A DNA stretch of 48,329 bases, taken from Hadesarchaea archaeon (lineage in GTDB: Archaea > Hadarchaeota > Hadarchaeia > Hadarchaeales > Hadarchaeaceae). The notes below the pieces were generated by a model. The model was not told the DNA's origin and searched no databases. It saw only the letters and a list, made by a program, of their open reading frames with translations. Position 1 is the stretch's first letter. Each line of letters begins with the position of its first letter. The position numbers and the translations under genes were made by a program. Where the stretch lies: NCBI GenBank assembly GCA_030672285.1, contig DAOVGS010000056.1:1-48329 (forward strand), read 5' to 3'. Shown one piece after another: positions 44,143 to 48,329 of this stretch.

Positions 44143-44703
44143 ATGGAGCTATTCAAAAAGTATGCCGACATGGTCCTGCTTGCCCACTTCTTGAAGAATC
44201 CCCCAAGCCGTTTCCACGTCAAGGGGCTGGCTAAAGAGCTCGGCCTAAGCCCATCCAGCGTTAGCTTGGCATCGAGAAGGTTCGAACTCGACGGGATCCT
44301 ACGGAGCGAGCGGGAAGGGCTCAGAAAATTTTATACTCTCAACAACGATTCACCCCTCGTCAAGGCTTTCAAGGTCGTGTATACTCTAGCTAGAATTCAC
44401 GAGACTAAACTGGTGGAGAGGTTTTTGAAGGCGGACGGTTCCACGATTTCCATTGCCCTGTACGGAGATTTCGCATCTGGAACCTACGGCGAAAGGAGCC
44501 CCTTGAACCTCTTGGCGCTGAGCCAGAAGGGGGCGCGGGTTTTCGAAAAAGCGATCGAGGAGCTCGAGGGGCAACTAGGGCTGAAGATCGAGCTCGAGGT
44601 CATCAAAATCGGGAAATGGAATGAGCTGGTGAAGGCAAGAGATCCGTTTTGCGTGAAAGTTCTCCCGAATCATGTCCTGCTCTTCGGTCCGGGCTTGGCC
44701 TAG
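44143..44703 (+). CDS. wHTH + degenerate nucleotidyltransferase-fold protein
   Basis: The wHTH is FHVKGLAKELGLSPSSVSLASRRFELDGIL. The NTase-like segment is IALYGDFASGTYGERSPLNLLAL, where the usual GS and DxD positions read GD and PLN. Confidence 0.55.
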   Translation: MELFKKYADMVLLAHFLKNPPSRFHVKGLAKELGLSPSSVSLASRRFELDGILRSEREGLRKFYTLNNDSPLVKAFKVVYTLARIHETKLVERFLKADGSTISIALYGDFASGTYGERSPLNLLALSQKGARVFEKAIEELEGQLGLKIELEVIKIGKWNELVKARDPFCVKVLPNHVLLFGPGLA

Positions 44704-44842
44704 CTCATCGCAGATCCCCCGATTGCTTTTTTTACCTTTTAGGATTTCGACCCATCCGCCCCCAAACTAATTTTTAGTCGGGCGCTGGAATCTATTCAAA
44801 AAAACATTTTAGTAGACACCCGATAGTAGTTGCGGTGCGAGG

Positions 44843-45265
44843 ATGGACGCGGATGATCTTTTCGATGAAGGATCGCTAGAAAAAGTCGAGCCTTCTCTGG
44901 AAGCCAGCGCAAAGTCGTTGAAGCTGGCCAAAAACTGGCTGAGGAGGGCAAAGGACAGCAACATATTGGGTTATAAGGACATGGCGGTTTTAGCTTCTTT
45001 CATCTCGATGTTCCACGCCGCGAAGGCGATTATGCTCAAGGATGGGGTGAGGGAAAAAGAGGATCGGGTCGTGGCCGAATACGTGAGGAGGGCCTACCCC
45101 GAGCTCAAAGAACATGCGACTTCTTTAGACCAATACTGGAGGCTAGCCTCAGCCATCCAGCGCGACCCGGAGATATCTGTTGATGGGAGCGATGCGAAGG
45201 GGGCCCTGAATTCCGCTAAAGGGTTTATAAAGTTCGTTGAGCGATCGCTGAAACCTCCCCAATAG
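44843..45265 (+). CDS. HEPN-like helical protein, no clear Rx4-6H motif
   Basis: 140 aa, all-helical. The segment FHAAKAIMLKDGVREKEDRVV is collinear with the HEPN core KALL..G....THDL, but the His position reads Asp. Confidence 0.45.
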   Translation: MDADDLFDEGSLEKVEPSLEASAKSLKLAKNWLRRAKDSNILGYKDMAVLASFISMFHAAKAIMLKDGVREKEDRVVAEYVRRAYPELKEHATSLDQYWRLASAIQRDPEISVDGSDAKGALNSAKGFIKFVERSLKPPQ

Positions 45266-45338
45266 CTCGTCTGCATCCCCTCAAAAATAGGGAAAAACGT
45301 GGCCTTGTGAATACGAGATTCAGAGGTGTTCGTCGAGT

Positions 45339-46088
45339 TTACTCTAATCCCTCGAGCACGAACGTTCTCGTCAGTCCCGCGCTCTGCTCTTGCACCTTTG
45401 CAACGAGCCTGCCGTTCTTTTCAACCCACATCCAATCGAAAGATCCCTGCCCCTGAACTATCCAGCAATCGAAGGTGCCAGCGGGTGTTTCAACTGGTTG
45501 CTCGCCGACGACATCAACCCTAGCGGGTACCGTTCGCGTTGCGTCGGGGAAGGCGTTGAGGTCGAACTCCCGGGAGTAGCCCAGCTCAAGCGGCTCGAGG
45601 CGAAGCAGGTACCAAAGGTGCTCGGCGGTCATCGTCTCCTTTTGTAGAAACAAGAAATTCTCAACTGCGCTTGGATTTCCGTTCTCATCCAAATTCTCGT
45701 GGTTTTCCACGCGAACGATCATTAGGTTGTCGGGATAGGAGTAAGCTATTTCCGTTGCCCATCTCGGGACGTTGTCCAAGTAATACCAGACTCTGGTGTG
45801 CCTGAGCTCGCCATCCCCATCAAACTCCATCCAGCCCCCCTGCTGCACCCTGCCCAGCTCCATCGTGTAGTTCACTCGGTAGCAAGGCACGTTTTCCAAA
45901 GTGGTCATGCGATTCTCGATCCCCACCCCCCAGCTGCCGACTCTCGCCTCCTCGACGTAAATGCCGTAAACCATCCTTTCACCGAGCCTGAGGCGAGTCC
46001 CGGGCTCGAGAGATAACAGCGCGAGAACGGCACAACCTACAACCACCATGAGCACGAACACCGCGATTGGCTTATAAGCGCTCGCCAT
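45339..46088 (-). CDS. putative lipoprotein / membrane-anchored beta-rich protein
   Basis: Signal-like N-terminus MASAYKPIAVFVLMVVVGC with a lipobox-like VVGC. No family recognised. Confidence 0.45.
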   Translation of the reverse strand: MASAYKPIAVFVLMVVVGCAVLALLSLEPGTRLRLGERMVYGIYVEEARVGSWGVGIENRMTTLENVPCYRVNYTMELGRVQQGGWMEFDGDGELRHTRVWYYLDNVPRWATEIAYSYPDNLMIVRVENHENLDENGNPSAVENFLFLQKETMTAEHLWYLLRLEPLELGYSREFDLNAFPDATRTVPARVDVVGEQPVETPAGTFDCWIVQGQGSFDWMWVEKNGRLVAKVQEQSAGLTRTFVLEGLE

Positions 46089-46142
46089 ACGCCCACCGGC
46101 TTATATTCCATTCCCAGCCTAAAATAAAGAAATCCTTCTAAC

Positions 46143-46252
46143 AGAAATACAGCACGATTTGTGTATTGTAGAAAATAAAAAATAAATAAAAAAGCGAAGG
46201 GGAATGATTGGCGTTTTCCCCTTAGCGCTTCCGGGATATCGCAATCGCGGCC
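46143..46252 (-). repeat. copy B of the anchor-tail + terminator module (orphan)
   Basis: The minus strand encodes only MLIPAAIAISRKR*. This is followed by hairpin GGGGAA/TTCCCC, a T-rich tract, and a second hairpin AATACA/TGTATT. Near-identical to copy C. Confidence 0.85.
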
Positions 46253-46272
46253 GGAATCAACATGTGACTTTT

Positions 46273-46887
46273 TCAAGTCGGCAAAAACACCGTCTTTTGC
46301 TCAAATTTGATCCCGCGGGCCTCAAGAAACCCGCGGAACTCCTCGGCTCTCTCGAGTGGCACAAGCAAGTTATTCCCGAATCGCTTGGCCTCCAGCGAAT
46401 CCACGAGCCCTTTATAACTGTAGATTTTCCCCCCCTTCCTCTGCTTATAACCGTAAAGCGCGCGGTCAATCCTCACCTTCTCAGGCTGCGCTTTTTGCCT
46501 GAGCGAGTAGGTGAACATCACATGCGGCTTGAGAGAGAACAAGTTCCACACGCTGGTTTCGACGAGCGGGTTGATCGCCACGCCCTCGCGAAAAACGTTG
46601 TAGAGGAAGGAACGATCTACCTCAGTCACATGGGTCATGGAGTATAACGATTGGGCACGTTTGTACTCCTGTTTGCATAGGTCGTCGAGAATTTCGGATA
46701 ATTTTCGCTCCCCCAGCTTAAGGCTCCGCTCATCATGGAATAGCGCAAAAAAATCGATGTCCGACCTCGACGTTAGCTCGCCGCGCACCAAGCTGCCGTA
46801 GAGCACGAGCAACTCGAGCCCCTCGATCCCCCGCGTGACCTCATGCACTCTCTGGAGGAAGGATCTCAACCTCGAGTACACCTTCAA
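46273..46887 (-). CDS. minimal nucleotidyltransferase (MNT) with a C-terminal extension of about 95 aa
   Basis: Canonical LYGSLVRGELTSRSDIDFFALF signature. The start is probably GTG 46881, 7 nt after GGAGG. The C-terminal alpha/beta region (VMFTYSL...KVRIDRALYGY...LLVPLERAEEFRGFLEARGIKFE) is not part of a minimal MNT. Confidence 0.75.
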   Translation of the reverse strand: MKVYSRLRSFLQRVHEVTRGIEGLELLVLYGSLVRGELTSRSDIDFFALFHDERSLKLGERKLSEILDDLCKQEYKRAQSLYSMTHVTEVDRSFLYNVFREGVAINPLVETSVWNLFSLKPHVMFTYSLRQKAQPEKVRIDRALYGYKQRKGGKIYSYKGLVDSLEAKRFGNNLLVPLERAEEFRGFLEARGIKFEQKTVFLPT

Positions 46888-47212
46888 CCCTCCTCAGGAT
46901 TTTCTTCGCCAACCCGATCGCTTGCTTGGCTTTCTCCCCGTCCTTGTACTCGTAGCCCAAAGTTCGATAGATCTTATGCAGTTCCCTGAACTCGCTCTCC
47001 ACCTCGGGCAACTCTGTCTTCACCAAGTAAAAGGTGGAACTCCTCCGATGATCGGCGAGCGGATCTTTCCTGCTCTCATAAGCTTGAACTGCCTCCTCCA
47101 CCGCTTTGAACGCCTCATCGCCGACCACCGAAAACCGCTCCCTTTCAAGTGCGTCGATCGCCGCGCGCACCTTTTCACGGGCGATTTTGAGGTGAATCTC
47201 GATATCAACCAT
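46841..47212 (-). CDS. HEPN-like protein, partner of the MNT
   Basis: Helical, about 123 aa from the ATG at 47212. Contains RKDPLADH (Rx6H). Overlaps the MNT gene start, which is typical MNT/HEPN pair geometry. Confidence 0.6.
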   Translation of the reverse strand: MVDIEIHLKIAREKVRAAIDALERERFSVVGDEAFKAVEEAVQAYESRKDPLADHRRSSTFYLVKTELPEVESEFRELHKIYRTLGYEYKDGEKAKQAIGLAKKILRRVEGVLEVEILPPESA

Positions 47213-47277
47213 AAAAATCCCTTTCTGTAACAATATGTAGAAACGGCCACTTTATAGCTTTTTCTATTAAGCGTAAT

Positions 47278-47388
47278 AGAAATACAAGCACGATTTGTGT
47301 ATTGTAAAAAATAAAAAATAAATAAAAAGCGAAGGGGAAGTGTTGGCGTTTTTCCCCTTAGCGCTTCCGGAATATCGCAATCGCAGCC
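47278..47388 (-). repeat. copy C of the anchor-tail + terminator module (attached to an intact gene)
   Basis: The last codons (...LAAIAIFRKR*) of the surface-protein gene, then hairpin GGGGAA/TTCCCC, a T-rich tract, and hairpin AATACA/TGTATT. Confidence 0.85.
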
Positions 47389-48329
47389 AATACCAGCGCG
47401 ACTATCACGAGGATAATCGCGTAGGTTGCCCATGGTGTAACTGTTCGCTCGATCGACGCGCTTTGTACATCGCTCGGATTGTCCAGCGGATCGATTGCCC
47501 ATACTGAAATCGTGTTCGAACCCTCTCTGAGCGAGACGTTAAAGCTCCAAGTACCATCGGATAGCACAGGGACGGTCTGTTTCGTTAACCCAATCTGAAC
47601 GGTTACGATTATGTCGGTGTATGCCTCCCATGTATTCTTCGTGACGCTTCCGCTGACTGTAATGCTGGTCTTATCCGTGGTCGCTGGCAATACGTCCAAG
47701 GTTATCACGGGGGCCGTCTCATCTGCCAAGAAGTACCCATAGAGCTTCTTGAGGCTGTCGTTGCCCGCAACGTCGGTGAGAAGCACCTCGACCTTCTGGG
47801 TCGTCCCTTCGGTCAGCGTGATGTCTGTGCTCCAAACCCCGGTGACTGTGTCCGTGTCAACCGATATTACTAGTGTGCCTTCAACGTAGACTTCGATCGT
47901 TCCACCCATCTCGGCGGCGGATACGACTCCGCTGATGTGAAGAGTCTTGGTCCTCTGTTTATACGGGTCAACTGTCGTGGTCGCCACGTACGCCGTGATA
48001 TCAAATGTTACATCGCCTACGCTTGGCTTCGAGGTGTCGATGATGAAGCTGCGCCCCCCAACCTTGCCGTTCTCGGCGTCGTGGATGAGGTTGTCAGAGG
48101 CCCAAAGGGTGATATAGTAGGTGCCATCCACAAGGCCTCCTCCTAGTTCGTTTTCGATGACGTTCTCGAAGATGCCTGCAGATATCTGCGCTTGAGCCTC
48201 CCACGGGTCCTTGTTATCAAGTGTCCAGAATGGGGTTACATCCCAGAAGTTGTCATTATTGTCAAGCTGTACAGTGAGGTTATCGTACGCTACTCCCAAA
48301 CCAGTCGTTGGGTAGCCTGGGTCTGTTAT
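47358..48329 (-). CDS. cell-surface protein with Ig-like beta-rich repeats and a C-terminal TM anchor (5' end outside window)
   Basis: The frame stays open to the window edge (...ITDPGYPTTGLGVAYDN...). Thr/Val-rich beta-strand repeats. C-terminal YAIILVIVALVLAAIAIFRKR. Confidence 0.65.
   Translation of the reverse strand: MTDPGYPTTGLGVAYDNLTVQLDNNDNFWDVTPFWTLDNKDPWEAQAQISAGIFENVIENELGGGLVDGTYYITLWASDNLIHDAENGKVGGRSFIIDTSKPSVGDVTFDITAYVATTTVDPYKQRTKTLHISGVVSAAEMGGTIEVYVEGTLVISVDTDTVTGVWSTDITLTEGTTQKVEVLLTDVAGNDSLKKLYGYFLADETAPVITLDVLPATTDKTSITVSGSVTKNTWEAYTDIIVTVQIGLTKQTVPVLSDGTWSFNVSLREGSNTISVWAIDPLDNPSDVQSASIERTVTPWATYAIILVIVALVLAAIAIFRKR

Noticed and set aside
42835-47388. The three repeated modules as integron attC sites or a MITE
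   Set aside because: I could not find R''/R' core sites (RYYYAAC / GTTRRRY) or terminal inverted repeats with target-site duplications. Every copy begins with recognisable codons of a membrane-anchor tail followed by a hairpin + T-tract. A gene 3' end plus terminator is therefore the simpler description. The cassette-like behaviour is kept as a finding.

Overview
Archaeal chromosomal segment with a euryarchaeal-type gene set. It is mostly dense housekeeping genes. Partial TBP; HD hydrolase; deoxyhypusine synthase. A nickel module (NikR, HypA, Mrp/MinD-type HypB). An SDR, an AhpD-like protein, a ribose-1,5-bisphosphate-isomerase-like eIF2B paralog and an Lrp regulator. Archaeosine tRNA-guanine transglycosylase, archaeal SAM synthetase and two HTH regulators. 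The HMG-CoA synthase/thiolase/DUF35 trio, TrmI and SecF/SecD. An A1AO ATP synthase cluster in an atypical split layout: H-I-K-E-C-F-D on the minus strand, A-B divergent on the plus strand. A B12-like radical SAM gene, TrpRS and tRNA-splicing endonuclease. Three intron-containing tRNA genes (Trp-CCA, Arg-CCG, Arg-UCG). ApgM, an Nfu-like protein, MtnA, RecJ/GAN-like DHH nuclease, ATP-dependent DNA ligase, DacZ-like diadenylate cyclase, DUF192 and two-subunit class I fumarase. Three stretches look non-ordinary. (1) 31.16-31.71 kb is a gene-free region of about 550 bp. It holds four dyad-symmetric AACAGGGGTGTT boxes, promoter-like TATA elements and a strongly structured candidate ncRNA. It sits next to a tRNA-Trp whose intron carries box C'/D' elements and a guide that obeys the N+5 rule for position 39. 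(2) 32.4-33.8 kb is a 1.3 kb islet bounded by a direct repeat of the 3' end of tRNA-Arg(CCG). It carries a wHTH-nucleotidyltransferase-helical fusion gene and a possible overlapping 58-codon basic ORF. (3) 42.7-48.3 kb is a variable surface/toxin-antitoxin-like region. A roughly 80-110 nt module (last codons of a C-terminal membrane anchor + terminator hairpin + T-tract) occurs three times. Two of the copies exactly bracket an MNT-HEPN cassette. The region also holds a tail-fibre-like H-type-lectin protein, a degenerate wHTH-NTase/HEPN pair and a putative lipoprotein. No CRISPR array, rRNA, transposase or integrase is visible. All functional calls rest on motif recognition by eye; no database search was possible.
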